64,000 bases of DNA from an uncultured Actinomycetes bacterium (GCA_963704885.1 CAVPIB010000019.1:15588-79587), one strand, 5' to 3'. Shown: positions 29,515-41,846, numbered from the stretch's first letter. Notes: generated by a model not told the origin, from the sequence alone. Program-made: numbers and translations.

Positions 29515-30792
29515 ATGGCGAAGTTCGGAGACTCGGACCTGCTGAAGTGCTCCTTCTGCGGGAAGAGCCAGAAGCAGGTGAAGAAGTTGATCGCCGGTCC
29601 CGGCGTGTACATCTGCGACGAGTGCATCGACCTCTGCAACGAGATCATCGAAGAGGAGCTATCCGAGACCTCCGAGCTCAAGCTCGACGACCTCCCCAAG
29701 CCCCAGGAGATCTACGCGTTCCTGGACGAGTACGTGGTCGGCCAAGACACCTCGAAGAAAGTGCTGTCCGTCGCGGTCTACAACCACTACAAGCGGATCC
29801 AGGTCGGACAGAAGGACTCCGAGGTTGAGCTCCAGAAGTCGAACATCATGATCTTGGGTCCAACCGGCTGCGGGAAGACCTACCTGGCGCAGACTCTCGC
29901 CCGCATGCTGAACGTGCCTTTCGCGATCGCCGACGCCACCGCGTTGACCGAGGCCGGATACGTGGGCGAGGACGTCGAGAACATCTTGCTGAAGCTGATC
30001 CAGGCGGCCGATTACGACGTGAAGAAAGCAGAGACCGGCATCATCTACATCGACGAGATCGACAAGATCGCCCGCAAGTCCGAGAACCCGTCGATCACCC
30101 GCGACGTCAGCGGCGAAGGTGTGCAGCAGGCGCTGCTGAAGATCCTGGAGGGCACCACGGCCTCCGTGCCACCCCAGGGTGGTCGCAAGCATCCGCACCA
30201 GGAGTTCATCCAGGTCGACACCACCAACATGCTGTTCATCTGCGGCGGGGCGTTCGCGGGCCTGGACAAGATCATCGAGAGCCGGATCGGCAAGAAGGGC
30301 GTTGGCTTCGGCGCCGACATCCGCCGGGCGGCCGAGAAGGACATGGGCGAGATCTTGGGCAAGGTGCTCCCCGAGGACCTCCTCAAGTACGGGTTGATCC
30401 CCGAGTTCGTGGGGCGCCTGCCGGTGATCACCAGCGTCAACAACCTGGACGAGAGCTCCCTGGTCGACATCCTCACCAAGCCGAAGAACGCACTCGTGAA
30501 GCAGTACCAGCGGTTCTTCGAATTCGATGGCGTGGAGCTCGAGTTCACCGAGGAGTCCCTGCAGGCGATCGCCGAGCAGGCGATCCTGCGCGGGACGGGC
30601 GCGCGCGGCCTGCGCGCGATCATGGAAGAGGTCCTGCTGAACGTGATGTACGAGTTGCCCTCGCGCGAGGACGTAACGAAGTGCCTGGTGGACCGCGACG
30701 TCGTGCTCACTGGGGTGAACCCGACGCTGGTCCCGCGAACGGGTTCGAAGAAGCGCTCTCGCGGCGACGAGCCGCGCGAACGCACCGCGTGA
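29515..30792 (+). CDS. clpX: Clp protease ATP-binding subunit ClpX
   Basis: C4 zinc finger, [24 protein letters not shown] loop. Confidence 0.99.
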   Translation: MAKFGDSDLLKCSFCGKSQKQVKKLIAGPGVYICDECIDLCNEIIEEELSETSELKLDDLPKPQEIYAFLDEYVVGQDTSKKVLSVAVYNHYKRIQVGQKDSEVELQKSNIMILGPTGCGKTYLAQTLARMLNVPFAIADATALTEAGYVGEDVENILLKLIQAADYDVKKAETGIIYIDEIDKIARKSENPSITRDVSGEGVQQALLKILEGTTASVPPQGGRKHPHQEFIQVDTTNMLFICGGAFAGLDKIIESRIGKKGVGFGADIRRAAEKDMGEILGKVLPEDLLKYGLIPEFVGRLPVITSVNNLDESSLVDILTKPKNALVKQYQRFFEFDGVELEFTEESLQAIAEQAILRGTGARGLRAIMEEVLLNVMYELPSREDVTKCLVDRDVVLTGVNPTLVPRTGSKKRSRGDEPRERTA

Positions 30793-31586
30793 CCCTCCGC
30801 CGTTCGCTTGGCCTCCTGACGCTGCTGCAGCTCGTACTTGTCGCGTGCGCCAACGATGGCGGGGCATCCGGCGGCGAGAGTCACGACCCGGCCGACCTGA
30901 CCGGCGTCACGTGGCAGCTCGATGGGTCGTCGATCGCGTCGCTGGTGAGCGACCCACCCCAGGCGGTGGTCACGCTCGAGTTCGCGGATGGACAGGCTGG
31001 AGGAAGGGCCGCCTGCAACAGCTATGGGGGCGCTTACCAGGCGGGGGACGATGGATCGCTCTCCTTCGAGATGTTCGCCGTGACCGAGATGGCGTGCGAC
31101 GAGCCGCTGATGGCGTTGGAGAGCGCCTACCTGGCGGCGCTCGGACAGGTGACCGGGTTCGGCGTGGAGGGAAACCTGGCGCTCACCGGCGGGGACGTCG
31201 CGCTGAAGTTCGGCGTGGTGGTGCCGCCCGAGCCTCTTCCGCTCGTGGGCACGACCTGGACGCTCACCACGATCGCCTCGGGCGACGCGGTCTCGAGCAC
31301 GATCGCAGGCACCGAGGTCACCGCGGTGTTCGACGATACCGAATCGTCGGTCTCAGGTTCAGCAGGGTGCAATCGTTACGCGGGCACTTATGCCAACGGG
31401 GGAGGGACACTGGCTTTCTCAGCTCTCGCGATCACCAAGATGATGTGCGCCGAGGATGTGATGGCGCAGGAGTCTGGATTCCTGGCGTCCATGGAGCAGG
31501 TTGCCGCATCCGCGATCGAGGGGACCCAGTTGTCGTTGTTCGACAGCGCCGGCGCCCTCTTACTCGCATTCGATGGCCAGGTGTGA
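30789..31586 (+). CDS. Lipoprotein with two META (HslJ) domains
   Basis: Lipobox LVAC; two G..CN.Y.G.Y...T.M.C repeats. Confidence 0.88.
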   Translation: MTLRRSLGLLTLLQLVLVACANDGGASGGESHDPADLTGVTWQLDGSSIASLVSDPPQAVVTLEFADGQAGGRAACNSYGGAYQAGDDGSLSFEMFAVTEMACDEPLMALESAYLAALGQVTGFGVEGNLALTGGDVALKFGVVVPPEPLPLVGTTWTLTTIASGDAVSSTIAGTEVTAVFDDTESSVSGSAGCNRYAGTYANGGGTLAFSALAITKMMCAEDVMAQESGFLASMEQVAASAIEGTQLSLFDSAGALLLAFDGQV

Positions 31587-31627
31587 TCGAGGCTAGGGTT
31601 CCGACCTTCGTTTCGTAGACTCGCGCC

Positions 31628-34279
31628 ATGCCGGACCAGGCCGCGCCAGAGATGTCGACCCAGTACGACCACGCCGAGGTCGAACCGCGCTGGGCCGAGG
31701 CCTGGGTGGAGCGCGGGTACTTCCGCGCTGAGGTGGATGCCACCCGCGAGCCGTACTGCATCGTGATCCCGCCGCCCAACGTCACGGGGCGACTCCACGT
31801 GGGACACGCGCTCGGACGCACGATCGAGGACACGCTGATCCGCCGGGCCCGCATGCAAGGCAAGGCGGTGCTCTGGCTCTTCGGCATGGACCACGCCGGC
31901 ATCGCCACCCAGGTGGTCGTGGAGCGGGCTCTTCGCAAGGAAGGGATCGATCGCCGCGATCTGGGCCGAGAGGCATTCATCGAACGGGTCTGGGAGTGGA
32001 AGGAGCAGTACGGAGGCGAGATCGTCGGCCAGATCAAGCGGATGGGTGCTTCGTGTGATTGGTCCCGCGAGCGGTTCACCATGGACGAGGGGTTGTCGCG
32101 CGCGGTGCGCGAGGCGTTCGTGCGGTGGTACGAGGACGATCTGATCTACCGAGGCGAGCGGCTGGTCAACTGGTGCCCCACCGACCAGACCGGCCTGTCG
32201 GACTCCGAGGTCGAGCACCAGGACGTCGAGGGCGAGCTGGTCACGTTCAGCTATCCGCTCACCGATGGCTCGGGGCATGTCGACGTCGCCACGACACGGG
32301 TCGAGACCATGCTCGGAGACACGGGGATCGCGGTGCACCCGGGGGACGAGCGGTACCGCACGTTGGTCGGGTCGACGGTGCGCCATCCCTTCGACGGGCG
32401 AGACATCCCGATCGTCGCCGATGAGACCGTCGATCCGTCGTTCGGAACCGGGGCCGTCAAGGTGACGCCGGCGCACGACCCGAACGACTTCGAGATCGCA
32501 CAACGCGCCGGGCTCCCGTTGATCAACATCTTCCGCGCGGATGCGACCGTGAACGAGAACGCCGCCGAGGAGTTCTACGGGCTCGGCCGATACGACGCGC
32601 GCCTGGCGGTCCGCGAGGCGTTGGAGAAGCTCGATCTCCTGGTGAAAGAGGAACGGCCCTACGTTCACTCGGTCGGGCACTGCTACCGGTGTCACAGTGA
32701 GATCGAGCCGTGGATCTCCGGCTTGCAGTGGTTCGTGGCGGTCGACCGCCTGAAGGAGCCGGCCAAGCAGGCGGCCCTCGACGGCCGGGTGCGGTTCGCG
32801 CCCGAGCGTTGGCAGAAGGCGTTCGTCTCGTGGTTGGACAACCTCCGAGACTGGAACGTCTCTCGCCAGCTGTGGTGGGGGCATCGCATCCCGGCTTGGT
32901 ATTGCACGGACGGCCACGTCACGGTGGCGAGGGAAGACCCCGACGCGTGCTCCACATGCGGTTCCGCGCAGATCGAGCAGGACCCCGACGTGTTGGACAC
33001 ATGGTTCTCGTCGCAGCTATGGCCGTTCTCAACGCTCGGATGGCCCGACGACACGGAGGACGTCCGGTTCTTCTACCCCAATAGCGTGCTGGTCACAGGC
33101 TACGAGATCCTCTACCTCTGGGTGGCGCGGATGATCATGTCGGGACTCTCGCTGATGGGAGACGTCCCGTTCCGCGACACCGTGATCCACGGACTGGTGC
33201 GCGACGGACACGGGCGCAAGATGTCCAAGTCGTTAGGCAACGTGATCGACCCGATCGAGATGATCGATCTCTACGGTGCCGATGCCCTGAGGTTCTCGCT
33301 CGCCCGGTCGGCCACGGGCGGCCAGCAGGACATCCCGCTTTCGGTCGAGGCGATCGAGGGTGGGCGCAACTTCGCGAACAAGATCTGGAACGCCTCGCGG
33401 CTGGTGCTCGGCGCTTTCTCCGGTGGCGAGCCGGCGCTTCCGCCGAAGGATCGCTTCACGCTCACCGATCGCTGGTTGCTCTCAAGGCACCAGGCCTGCC
33501 TGGTCGAGGTAGATGCCCTTCTGGACCGGTACCAGTTCGCGGATGCGGCTCAAACGATCTATCGATTCTTGTGGTCTGAGTTCTGTGACTGGGGATTGGA
33601 GATGCAGAAGGGCCGGCTGGACGGCTCGGATCAGGACCGGGACGACGCGGCCCAGGTCTTGGCCTGGGTGCTGGAGCGGACGCTCAGGATCCTGCATCCC
33701 ACCATGCCGTTCATCACCGAAGAGATCTGGCAACGCTTCGGTCTGGGGGAGTCGATCGCCATCTCCTCGTGGCCGGCGCCCAGCCCCGAGAACGCCGACG
33801 TCGAGGCCGAGACCTCGTTCGGGGTGGTGCAGGGGATCATCAGCGCGGTGCGGCAGTTCCGGTCGATTCACGGGATATCGCCGAAGGAGCGGTTCGAGGC
33901 GAGGGTGGGCGTTCTGCCCGGCGTCCGCGGCGCAGTCGAGGGGCTGTCGGAGCGTATCGAGAGACTCGCCGGCACCTCGCCCCTGCACGTCGTGGACGTG
34001 GCCGAGGGTAAGCGCGCGGGGTGGATCTCCCTGCCTATCGGTGAGGGGTTCGTCAACCTGCCGCCGGGGTTGTTCGACGCGCAGGCGGAGGTATCGCGAT
34101 TGTCGAAACAGCTCGCCGAGATCAGCACCCAGCTCGCCCGAACGACCTCCAAGTTGGGAAACGCGGGTTTCCTGGCCAAGGCGGCTCCGGAGGTCGTGGC
34201 TCAGGAGCACGAGAAGCGAGCGAGGCTCACCGCGCAGCTCGGCGAGCTCGAGGCGGCGCTCTCCGAGCTGGAGGTTTAG
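31628..34279 (+). CDS. valS: Valine--tRNA ligase
   Basis: PPPNVTGRLHVGH, KMSKS, SRQLWWGHRIP, C-terminal coiled coil. Confidence 0.99.
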   Translation: MPDQAAPEMSTQYDHAEVEPRWAEAWVERGYFRAEVDATREPYCIVIPPPNVTGRLHVGHALGRTIEDTLIRRARMQGKAVLWLFGMDHAGIATQVVVERALRKEGIDRRDLGREAFIERVWEWKEQYGGEIVGQIKRMGASCDWSRERFTMDEGLSRAVREAFVRWYEDDLIYRGERLVNWCPTDQTGLSDSEVEHQDVEGELVTFSYPLTDGSGHVDVATTRVETMLGDTGIAVHPGDERYRTLVGSTVRHPFDGRDIPIVADETVDPSFGTGAVKVTPAHDPNDFEIAQRAGLPLINIFRADATVNENAAEEFYGLGRYDARLAVREALEKLDLLVKEERPYVHSVGHCYRCHSEIEPWISGLQWFVAVDRLKEPAKQAALDGRVRFAPERWQKAFVSWLDNLRDWNVSRQLWWGHRIPAWYCTDGHVTVAREDPDACSTCGSAQIEQDPDVLDTWFSSQLWPFSTLGWPDDTEDVRFFYPNSVLVTGYEILYLWVARMIMSGLSLMGDVPFRDTVIHGLVRDGHGRKMSKSLGNVIDPIEMIDLYGADALRFSLARSATGGQQDIPLSVEAIEGGRNFANKIWNASRLVLGAFSGGEPALPPKDRFTLTDRWLLSRHQACLVEVDALLDRYQFADAAQTIYRFLWSEFCDWGLEMQKGRLDGSDQDRDDAAQVLAWVLERTLRILHPTMPFITEEIWQRFGLGESIAISSWPAPSPENADVEAETSFGVVQGIISAVRQFRSIHGISPKERFEARVGVLPGVRGAVEGLSERIERLAGTSPLHVVDVAEGKRAGWISLPIGEGFVNLPPGLFDAQAEVSRLSKQLAEISTQLARTTSKLGNAGFLAKAAPEVVAQEHEKRARLTAQLGELEAALSELEV

Positions 34280-34282
34280 GCC

Positions 34283-35569
34283 GTGAACTTCGGGGAGGCC
34301 CTGGCCGAGCTGGACGGCCGGCGTGAAAGCCGCATGGTGCCCGACCTCTCACGGATCCTCGCGCTCGCCACGTTGCTCTCCGACCCGCAACTGACCTACC
34401 CCACGATCCATGTCTCGGGCACGAACGGGAAGGGAACCGCGGCGCGGATCGCGACCGAGTTGGCCTGCGCGCACGGTCTCACGACCGGCCTCTACACCTC
34501 GCCTCATCTGCTGAGCGTGTGCGAGCGCCTCTCCGTGTGCGGCGTCGACATCACCGAGGCGGAGTTCGCCGATGAATACGAGCACCTGCTGCCGTTCCTA
34601 CTGATGGTCGACGCTCAGAGCGACGAACAGGTCACGTACTTCGAGGCTCTCACCGCGTTGGCGTACCTGTGGTTCGCCGACAAGCCGGTCGCCCTGGGCG
34701 TCTTCGAGGTCGGTATGGGTGGGACCTGGGACGCGACCAACCTGGTTTCCGGCAACGTGGCCGTCCTCACGCCGATCGCGCTCGATCATCCGGAGCTCGG
34801 CTCGACCGTCACGGAGGTCGCCACCGAGAAGGCTGGCATCATCAAGGAGGGCAACGTCGCCGTTTCGCGCGAACAGGACGACGAGGCGTTGCTGGTTATC
34901 GAGGCGAGGTGCGACGAGGTCGGCGCGAAGCTCATGCTCGAGTATCGCGACTTCGAGATCGAGGAGCGCCTTCAAGCGCTCGGCGGCCAATCGCTTCGGG
35001 TTCGCGGGCTGCGCGCGACCTACGACGACATCTTCCTGCCCATGTTCGGCGAGCACGCCGCGCAGAACGCAGCGGCGGCCATAGCAGCGGTCGAGTCGCT
35101 GTTGGATCAGCCGCTCGACGAGGCCGCCACCCGCCAGGCGCTCGCCAACGTTCGGTGGCCGGGACGGATGGAGCTCGTCGGACGGCACCCTGCGATCCTC
35201 CTCGACGGGGCACACAACCCCGCCGCCGCCGAGGCGCTCGCGATAGCCCTCCGGGAGTCCTTCACCTGGGAGCGGCTCCACATGGTGATCGCGGTGTCGG
35301 GCGGCAAGGACCTGGACGGCATCGTTCGACCGCTGGCACCGCTAGCCGATATCGCCTATGCGGCAAGGAACGCGAGCGATCGGAGCGGCGAAGCGATCCA
35401 GATCGCCGGCCGGTTGAGCGCCGAAGGCAAACCTGTAGAGGCGTTCGGCTCGGTGGCAGAAGCGCTCGAAGCCGCGCGCGCTGCCGCCGCTGCCGACGAC
35501 CTCATCCTGGTGACGGGCTCTCTCTATACTGTCGCGGACGCGCGCCGGGCGCTGGGGGAGAACACCTGA
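34283..35569 (+). CDS. folC: Folylpolyglutamate/dihydrofolate synthase
   Basis: GTNGKG, TSPHL, EVGMGG..DATN, DGAHN, TGSLY. Confidence 0.97.
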   Translation: MNFGEALAELDGRRESRMVPDLSRILALATLLSDPQLTYPTIHVSGTNGKGTAARIATELACAHGLTTGLYTSPHLLSVCERLSVCGVDITEAEFADEYEHLLPFLLMVDAQSDEQVTYFEALTALAYLWFADKPVALGVFEVGMGGTWDATNLVSGNVAVLTPIALDHPELGSTVTEVATEKAGIIKEGNVAVSREQDDEALLVIEARCDEVGAKLMLEYRDFEIEERLQALGGQSLRVRGLRATYDDIFLPMFGEHAAQNAAAAIAAVESLLDQPLDEAATRQALANVRWPGRMELVGRHPAILLDGAHNPAAAEALAIALRESFTWERLHMVIAVSGGKDLDGIVRPLAPLADIAYAARNASDRSGEAIQIAGRLSAEGKPVEAFGSVAEALEAARAAAAADDLILVTGSLYTVADARRALGENT

Positions 35570-35571
35570 CG

Positions 35572-35982
35572 ATGGTCACCGAATCGACGCTCTTGATCGT
35601 GAAGCCCGACGGCGTTCGCCGCGGCTTGGTGGGTGAGGTGCTCCGCCGCGTCGAAGCCAAGGGCCTCTCCATCGAGTCGATGCGGCTGATGACGATCGAC
35701 CGTGGGACGGCGGAGCGGCACTACGGCGAGCACGTCGACAAGCCGTTCTTCGGCGAGCTGGTCGACTTCATCACGAGCGGTCCGGTGGTCGTCGCCAAGA
35801 TCACCGGCGAGCAAGCGATCACCGCGTGGCGAACGCTGATGGGGCCGACCGACCCGATCGAGGCGGCCCCGGGGTCCATCCGCGGGGACTTCGCGACCGT
35901 GATCGGCGAGAACATCGCGCACGGCAGCGACTCGCCGGCCTCGGCCGAGCGCGAGCTGGGCTTGTTCTTCCCTGAGGGTTGA
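35572..35982 (+). CDS. ndk: Nucleoside diphosphate kinase
   Basis: [23 protein letters not shown]. Confidence 0.98.
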   Translation: MVTESTLLIVKPDGVRRGLVGEVLRRVEAKGLSIESMRLMTIDRGTAERHYGEHVDKPFFGELVDFITSGPVVVAKITGEQAITAWRTLMGPTDPIEAAPGSIRGDFATVIGENIAHGSDSPASAERELGLFFPEG

Positions 35983-37637
35983 CGAGCACCGTGCCCGGCC
36001 TCGCCGAGGCGTTCGATCGGATCGGCGCAGCGCTCGAGCAGCACCTCCCCGTGTCGCACGCGGCCGGTGCCGCGATCGCCGTCACCGACCGTCATGAGAC
36101 GCTCGGCGTGGTGGTGCGCGGGTTCGCCGACGTCGCGAGCGGAGCACCCGTTCGGCCCGAGACCCGGTTCATGATCGGCTCGATCTCGAAGGGATTCGCG
36201 GCCATGATCGCCATGCAGGAGGTGGAGGCGGGCAACCTCGACCTCCACGTCTCGGTGAACGAGCTGCTCCCTTGGTTGGAGCTGCCGGAGCCGTTCGGCC
36301 CGATCACCATGCACCACCTGCTGACGCATACCGGCGGCCTGGCGACCGGGACGGAGGACGCGCCCACCGGCCTGGGAGCCGCCGTGCGCTTGCGCGATGT
36401 CCCTCCGACGTTCCCTCCGGGGGAGCGCTTCTGGTATTCGAACGACGGATACAAGCTGGTCGGGCTGGTGCTGGAGACGGTCACAGAGACCCGTATCCAT
36501 AGATTGCTGCGTGAACGGATCTTGGGCCCGCTCGAGATGACAGGGACGGTGGCGGCGATCGTCGATGGCATCCGGACCGACCTGGCGACCGGCTACGAGC
36601 CGATGTTTACCGACCGTCCCGCGCAGCTGCGCCACCCCCTCGTCCCGGCGATCTTCACCGTCTCCAACACTGCCGATGGCAGCATCGTCTCGAACGTCGT
36701 GGACATGGCGGCCTACGCGCGTGTGTTGCTGAACAGGGGTCGAGGTCCGCAGGGTGAGATCCTCTCCGAGGCGATGTTCACACGGCTGACATCACCTGTG
36801 GTCGAGCAACCGGAGGATCCGGGGACGTTCTACGCGTACGGCCTGGACATCGGCGAGGACGAACATGGTCCCTGGATAGGTCACGGCGGCGGCATGGTCG
36901 GCTACACGGGATACCTCGCCGTCGAACCCAGCACAGGAGTCGGCATCGTGATCCTTCAGAACGGTGGAGGTTCCAAAGTCGGGATCGTCAGGACAGCGCT
37001 GGACGCCGTCCGCGCGTGCCTCCGCGGTGAGGCGCCGATCTCGTCCTGGTCTCCGCCGCCGGCGACGTCGATCCCCGACGCATCTGCGTTCACCGGCGAC
37101 TACCGATCGGAGAAGGGCGATTCGCTCAGCGTTCGCGAGGAGGGTGACGGGCTCAGCGTGATGTTGGCGGAGGCCCGCGCCCGTCTAGAACGCGATCCGC
37201 TACAGGAACCTGGTGACACGTTCGTGGTGGTGCACGCGGAGCTCGAGCTGTTCGCGCTGCGGTTCGGTCGGGACGCGGAGGGCCGAGTGATGGAGGCCTT
37301 CCACGGGAACACGTGGTTCAGGGGTGATCGGTACACAGGCGACGAGCCGGCGCCTCCGCCGGAGGCGTGGCAGGCCTACAGCGGCCTGTACCGGAACGAC
37401 GATCCATGGTGCCCGACGCTTCGGGTCGTCCTTCGCAAGGGCCGCCTGGCGCTGCAGTGGCCGGTGGAACTCTCGGATGAAGGGGGCGAAGTGGAGCTCC
37501 TGCCGCTCGGAGACGGGTGGTTCGCGGTCGGCGAGGCGTGGCAGCCGCGCCGGGTCCGCTTCGACCGGATCGTGGAAGGCAGGGCCGTGATAGCCGAGTT
37601 CAACGGCGGCCGCTGGTATCGCTCGTTCGAAGACTAG
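35979..37637 (+). CDS. Serine hydrolase (beta-lactamase family) with C-terminal extension
   Basis: GSISK, YSN, HGGG motifs; no signal peptide. Confidence 0.88.
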   Translation: MTSTVPGLAEAFDRIGAALEQHLPVSHAAGAAIAVTDRHETLGVVVRGFADVASGAPVRPETRFMIGSISKGFAAMIAMQEVEAGNLDLHVSVNELLPWLELPEPFGPITMHHLLTHTGGLATGTEDAPTGLGAAVRLRDVPPTFPPGERFWYSNDGYKLVGLVLETVTETRIHRLLRERILGPLEMTGTVAAIVDGIRTDLATGYEPMFTDRPAQLRHPLVPAIFTVSNTADGSIVSNVVDMAAYARVLLNRGRGPQGEILSEAMFTRLTSPVVEQPEDPGTFYAYGLDIGEDEHGPWIGHGGGMVGYTGYLAVEPSTGVGIVILQNGGGSKVGIVRTALDAVRACLRGEAPISSWSPPPATSIPDASAFTGDYRSEKGDSLSVREEGDGLSVMLAEARARLERDPLQEPGDTFVVVHAELELFALRFGRDAEGRVMEAFHGNTWFRGDRYTGDEPAPPPEAWQAYSGLYRNDDPWCPTLRVVLRKGRLALQWPVELSDEGGEVELLPLGDGWFAVGEAWQPRRVRFDRIVEGRAVIAEFNGGRWYRSFED

Positions 37638-37648
37638 TCTGAGTCAGA

Positions 37649-38473
37649 CTAGATTCGAGCGGGTGGCGTGAAGTAGACGGTTGGTGTTCCCCCTTCGGGG
37701 ATCGCGAACAACCCACGATCGTCGCTCGAGAAAGCGAGCGACTCACCGGGTCCGGCGGGGGCGCGACATGGTGATCGGGACAACGTGGTCGCCACCCGAT
37801 GATCGGAGCTCCACGGGTAGATGTAGCCGCCGCCAGACTTGACGACGATGCCTTCCGGGCCCAGATCGGCGGCCGTGACCCTGTTCAACGGGAGCTGTGC
37901 GATGCGGCGGAGGACCGCGGTATCGCCATCGCGCAGATGGTCGACGGGGGCCTTGAAGACCAGCGAGATCCCCTGGGCCTTGGTGAAGACGAACAGCTTC
38001 TTCCGGGATCCGTCGACGACCATGGCCTCAGCGTTTCGCGAGACGCCGTCGTGGTAGGTGAGCGTCAGTAGGCGAGCCCTGGCGGACGTAGCTGAGAGCT
38101 TGGGCTCCTTGAACCAGTAGACGCGGATCGACGAGCGCACCGCAGCGTTGTCACCTATGTCGGCGAGCCACAGCCGGCGCCGGGTGAGTGCGATGTCCTC
38201 CCAGTCGCGGTTGTCTGCGTTCGCGATGTGCACCTGCGCACGCATCGCCCCTGAGCTGTCGATCGCGTAGATGGTCTCGGGATTGCCCGAATCCTCCTCG
38301 ATCCACAGCACGGGATCCCTTCGACTGGCCACGACGCCGGAAACCTCGTTGATGCCGTCTATCGCCACGCTCCCGACGGAATCGACCGCGCCGTAGCCGA
38401 GGCAGGGCTCGATGCCTCGGGCGCGAGCCGGCGTATCGGCGATAGCCAAGGCCGTCAGCAACGCGACGATCAT
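37649..38473 (-). CDS. Secreted hypothetical protein (beta-propeller-like)
   Basis: Signal peptide; EVSG, DSGN, DWEDI, DIGDN, NAEA, GES motifs. Confidence 0.7.
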   Translation of the reverse strand: MIVALLTALAIADTPARARGIEPCLGYGAVDSVGSVAIDGINEVSGVVASRRDPVLWIEEDSGNPETIYAIDSSGAMRAQVHIANADNRDWEDIALTRRRLWLADIGDNAAVRSSIRVYWFKEPKLSATSARARLLTLTYHDGVSRNAEAMVVDGSRKKLFVFTKAQGISLVFKAPVDHLRDGDTAVLRRIAQLPLNRVTAADLGPEGIVVKSGGGYIYPWSSDHRVATTLSRSPCRAPAGPGESLAFSSDDRGLFAIPEGGTPTVYFTPPARI

Positions 38474-38515
38474 GCAGCCAGTCTTGATCGCTACCTCCTG
38501 GTGGTTCCCCGCCCC

Positions 38516-39754
38516 TCAGGCGGTCTTGCGGAACGCGACGCAGGTGTTGTGTCCACCGAAGCCGAACGAGTTGGATAGTGCGAGCGTCACGTCCAGCTCG
38601 CGCGCATGGTTCGGCGTGACGTCGAGCTCGATCTCGGGGTCGGGTTCCGTGTGGTGGATCGTCGGCGGGATGACCCCGTGCGCGATAGCTAGGGCGCACA
38701 CCGCGCCCTCGACCGCCCCGGCCGCCCCCATCTGATGTCCGGTCATCGACTTGGTGGATGAGACAGCCACGGTCCGGGCATGTTCGCCGAGAACGGCCGA
38801 GATCGCGGCGGATTCGGACGCGTCGTTCAACGGCGTCGACGTCCCGTGCGCGTTGATGTAGGTGACCTCGCCGGGCTCGGCGCCCGCGTCTGCCAACGCC
38901 CACTTCATCGCGAGCGCCGCGCCCGAGCCCTTGGGGTCCGGAGCCGTGATGTGGAAGGCGTCGTCGCTGGCGCCGGCTCCGGCGACCTCGCAGTAGATCC
39001 GCGCGCCACGCGCCAAGGCATGCTCCTCGGTCTCCATGATCAACGCGCACGCGCCCTCCGACAGGACGAAGCCGTCGCGCTTGGCATCGAACGGCCGGGA
39101 GGCCGACTCGGGATCCGGATTCTTCGTGAGCGCAGTCATCTGCGCGAACGCCGCCACGGTGAGCGGCATGGTGGCCGACTCAGAACCGCCGGCGATGCAC
39201 AGGTCCAGCACGCCGTCCCGCAACAGTCTCATCGCCTCGAAGATGGCGTGGTTGCTGGACGAGCAAGCCGAGATCGTGGCGAAGTTCGCGCCGGTCAGGC
39301 CGAACACCATGGCGATATGTCCCGCAGGAGCGTTCGCCATGAGCATGGGAACCATGAACGGCGAGACGCGGCCGGGACCTCTGTTCAACAACACGTCGTA
39401 CTGGGTGAGCAGGGTCTCGATGCCCCCGATACCGGTCCCGAAGATCACCCCACCGCGCTCGGAGACGACATCGGGATCGCCGGCGTCCTCCCAGGCTAGT
39501 TTGGCCGCGGCCACGCCGAACTGCGTGAACCGATCCGTGCGGCGGGCTTGCTTCAGATCCAGGAAGTCGAGGGGGTCGAAGCCATCGACCTCGCCGGCTA
39601 CGGTGACGGACAGATCGTCGATCGGGAAGCGCGTTATCGTGCGGACCCCGTTGCGACCAGAGGTCATCCCCGTCCAGAAGTCGTCCAGACCGATGCCGAC
39701 CGGTGTGACGGGGCCGATCCCGGTGATGACGATCTTGCTGCGGGGTTCGGTCAC
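38516..39754 (-). CDS. fabF: 3-oxoacyl-ACP synthase II
   Basis: SAC, HGTST, GH catalytic triad; NSFGFGG. Confidence 0.96.
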   Translation of the reverse strand: MTEPRSKIVITGIGPVTPVGIGLDDFWTGMTSGRNGVRTITRFPIDDLSVTVAGEVDGFDPLDFLDLKQARRTDRFTQFGVAAAKLAWEDAGDPDVVSERGGVIFGTGIGGIETLLTQYDVLLNRGPGRVSPFMVPMLMANAPAGHIAMVFGLTGANFATISACSSSNHAIFEAMRLLRDGVLDLCIAGGSESATMPLTVAAFAQMTALTKNPDPESASRPFDAKRDGFVLSEGACALIMETEEHALARGARIYCEVAGAGASDDAFHITAPDPKGSGAALAMKWALADAGAEPGEVTYINAHGTSTPLNDASESAAISAVLGEHARTVAVSSTKSMTGHQMGAAGAVEGAVCALAIAHGVIPPTIHHTEPDPEIELDVTPNHARELDVTLALSNSFGFGGHNTCVAFRKTA

Positions 39755-39761
39755 GGGACTC

Positions 39762-40010
39762 CTAGGACATCCCCAGCTTGGACGCCACCATGTCGACGGC
39801 TTGGCCGACGGTCTTAACGCTCTCCATCTCGTCTTCGGGGATCTCGATGCTCCACTCTTCCTCGAGCGCGAGCACGGCCTCCACCAGGTCGAGCGAGTCG
39901 GCGTTCAGGTCCTCGGCGAACCGGGCATCAGGGACCACCTGTGCCTCGTCGACCGCCAGCTGCTCAGCGAGCACCTTCTTGACCCGCGCCTCGATCTCCG
40001 AACGATCCAT
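39762..40010 (-). CDS. acpP: Acyl carrier protein
   Basis: DLNADSLD phosphopantetheine site. Confidence 0.96.
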   Translation of the reverse strand: MDRSEIEARVKKVLAEQLAVDEAQVVPDARFAEDLNADSLDLVEAVLALEEEWSIEIPEDEMESVKTVGQAVDMVASKLGMS

Positions 40011-40071
40011 CCAAGCCCTCCTTGGTTCCCGTTGTCGTCGCAGGAGACTAGTCTGCCGACCCCCGCCCCGA

Positions 40072-40809
40072 CTACGCCGATAGGCCGCCGTCCACAGGGA
40101 TCACCGCGCCGTTCACGTAAGAAGCCTCGTCCGACAGCAGGAAGCGCACGACCGACGACACCTCCTGGTGCGTGGCGGTGCGGCCGACGGGGGTGCGATC
40201 CACGTAGTACGCAACGGCGTCGTCGTTGAGGTGTGAGGTCATCTCGGTGTCTACGAGCCCCGGGCACACCGCGTTCACCGTGATCCCCCGCGCACCCACC
40301 TCGCGGGCGAGCGACTTGGTGAGGCCGACCAGCGCCGTCTTGGAGGCGGCGTACACGGTCTGGCCGGCGTTGCCGCGGAGCGCCACGGCCGACGACATGT
40401 TCACGATGCGGCCGAACCTAGCTCGGAGCATGCCGCGGAGCGCCGCCTGGGTGCACAGGAAGGATCCCCGGACGTTGGTATCCATGACGCGGTCGTAGGT
40501 CTCCATGGAGTACTTGATGAGCAGACCGTCCTGGGAGAACCCCGCGTTGTTGACCAGCCCGGTGACGGCGCCGAGCTCCTCCGATACCCGGCGGAACGCC
40601 TCTTGTACGCTCGATCCGTCGGTGGTGTCCAGGAAGACGGCGAGCCCTGGTCTCCCCGCGGCTTCGAGCGCCTCGACGGTCTCCTTGGCGTCAGCCTCGT
40701 TCGATCTGTAGCCCACCGCGACGGTCCAGCCGCCCTCAGCCAGAGCGATGGCGCACGCCCGACCTAATCCGCGCGAGGCTCCGGTCACGACCGCCACGTG
40801 GCGCGTCAT
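40072..40809 (-). CDS. fabG: 3-oxoacyl-ACP reductase
   Basis: TGASRGLG, NNAG, YAASK; inside fab operon. Confidence 0.93.
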   Translation of the reverse strand: MTRHVAVVTGASRGLGRACAIALAEGGWTVAVGYRSNEADAKETVEALEAAGRPGLAVFLDTTDGSSVQEAFRRVSEELGAVTGLVNNAGFSQDGLLIKYSMETYDRVMDTNVRGSFLCTQAALRGMLRARFGRIVNMSSAVALRGNAGQTVYAASKTALVGLTKSLAREVGARGITVNAVCPGLVDTEMTSHLNDDAVAYYVDRTPVGRTATHQEVSSVVRFLLSDEASYVNGAVIPVDGGLSA

Positions 40810-41804
40810 GCCGGCCCTCTCATGGTCCACCGCATGACGGTGGCTCCCCACGTGAGCCCCGCGCCGAACGATGTGAAGAGCACCAGGTCCCCCTCTTGGA
40901 TCCGTCCGGCGCGCCAGGCGCGGTCCAAGGCGATCGGGATCGATGCCGCGCTGGTGTTCCCGACCTCGGCCACGTCGATCACGGCCTTCTCCTCGGGGAT
41001 CTGGAGGCGGGATGCCACGGCGGTCATGATGCGAGCGTTCGCCTGGTGGGGGATCAGCACGTCCACGTCCTCGGGGGTGTGGCCGTTCTTCTCAAGGACC
41101 TCCTGGCACGCCGCCGCCATCTCGGTGACGGCCCGCTTGAACACCTCACGGCCGTTGGGCATGAAGATGCGATGACGGCTGGCGGCGAGGGTCTCGGCGG
41201 AGGCAGGCTCGCGGGATCCCCCGCCCGGCATGATCAAGATCTCTGCTGCGCTCCCGTCGGCTCCCAGGATCGTCTCTTCGATCCCGGGCTCGTCACAGGC
41301 CCGCAGGATGGCCGCGCCGGCGCCGTCCCCGAAGAGCACGCACGTGCTGCGATCCGTGAAGTCCAGGATCTTGCTGAAGGCCTCTGCCCCGAGCAGCAGG
41401 ATCGTATCGGCCATGCCCGCCACGATCATGGAGGTCCCCGTTGCGAGCGCATACGAGAACCCAGCGCACGCTGCATTCACGTCGAAGGCCGGACACGACA
41501 GGCCGAGCTTCTGCTGCACCCATACGGCTGTGGCGGGGAACGGGGTGTCCCCCGTGACGCTGGCGCACACGATCAGGTCGATCTGTTCCGCCGGGATGCC
41601 TGCGGTCCGCAGGGCCATCTCGGTCGCCTTGACCGCCAGGTCCGACGTCAGCACACCATCGTCCACGAAATGACGCGCCTCGATCCCGGTCCTTTCGCGG
41701 ATCCACTCGTCGGTGGTCTCGATGCGCGATTCGAACCACTCGTTGGAGACCAGGCGTGGTGGCAGGAAAGAGCCCACGCCAGCGATCGTCGCGTATCGGG
41801 TCAC
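40806..41804 (-). CDS. fabH: 3-oxoacyl-ACP synthase III
   Basis: AACAGF, HQAN, GNTSAAS. Confidence 0.96.
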   Translation of the reverse strand: MTRYATIAGVGSFLPPRLVSNEWFESRIETTDEWIRERTGIEARHFVDDGVLTSDLAVKATEMALRTAGIPAEQIDLIVCASVTGDTPFPATAVWVQQKLGLSCPAFDVNAACAGFSYALATGTSMIVAGMADTILLLGAEAFSKILDFTDRSTCVLFGDGAGAAILRACDEPGIEETILGADGSAAEILIMPGGGSREPASAETLAASRHRIFMPNGREVFKRAVTEMAAACQEVLEKNGHTPEDVDVLIPHQANARIMTAVASRLQIPEEKAVIDVAEVGNTSAASIPIALDRAWRAGRIQEGDLVLFTSFGAGLTWGATVMRWTMRGPA

Positions 41805-41846
41805 GCCCGAGGATATCGCCCCCGCCGCGTACAGGCGACCGGCTCC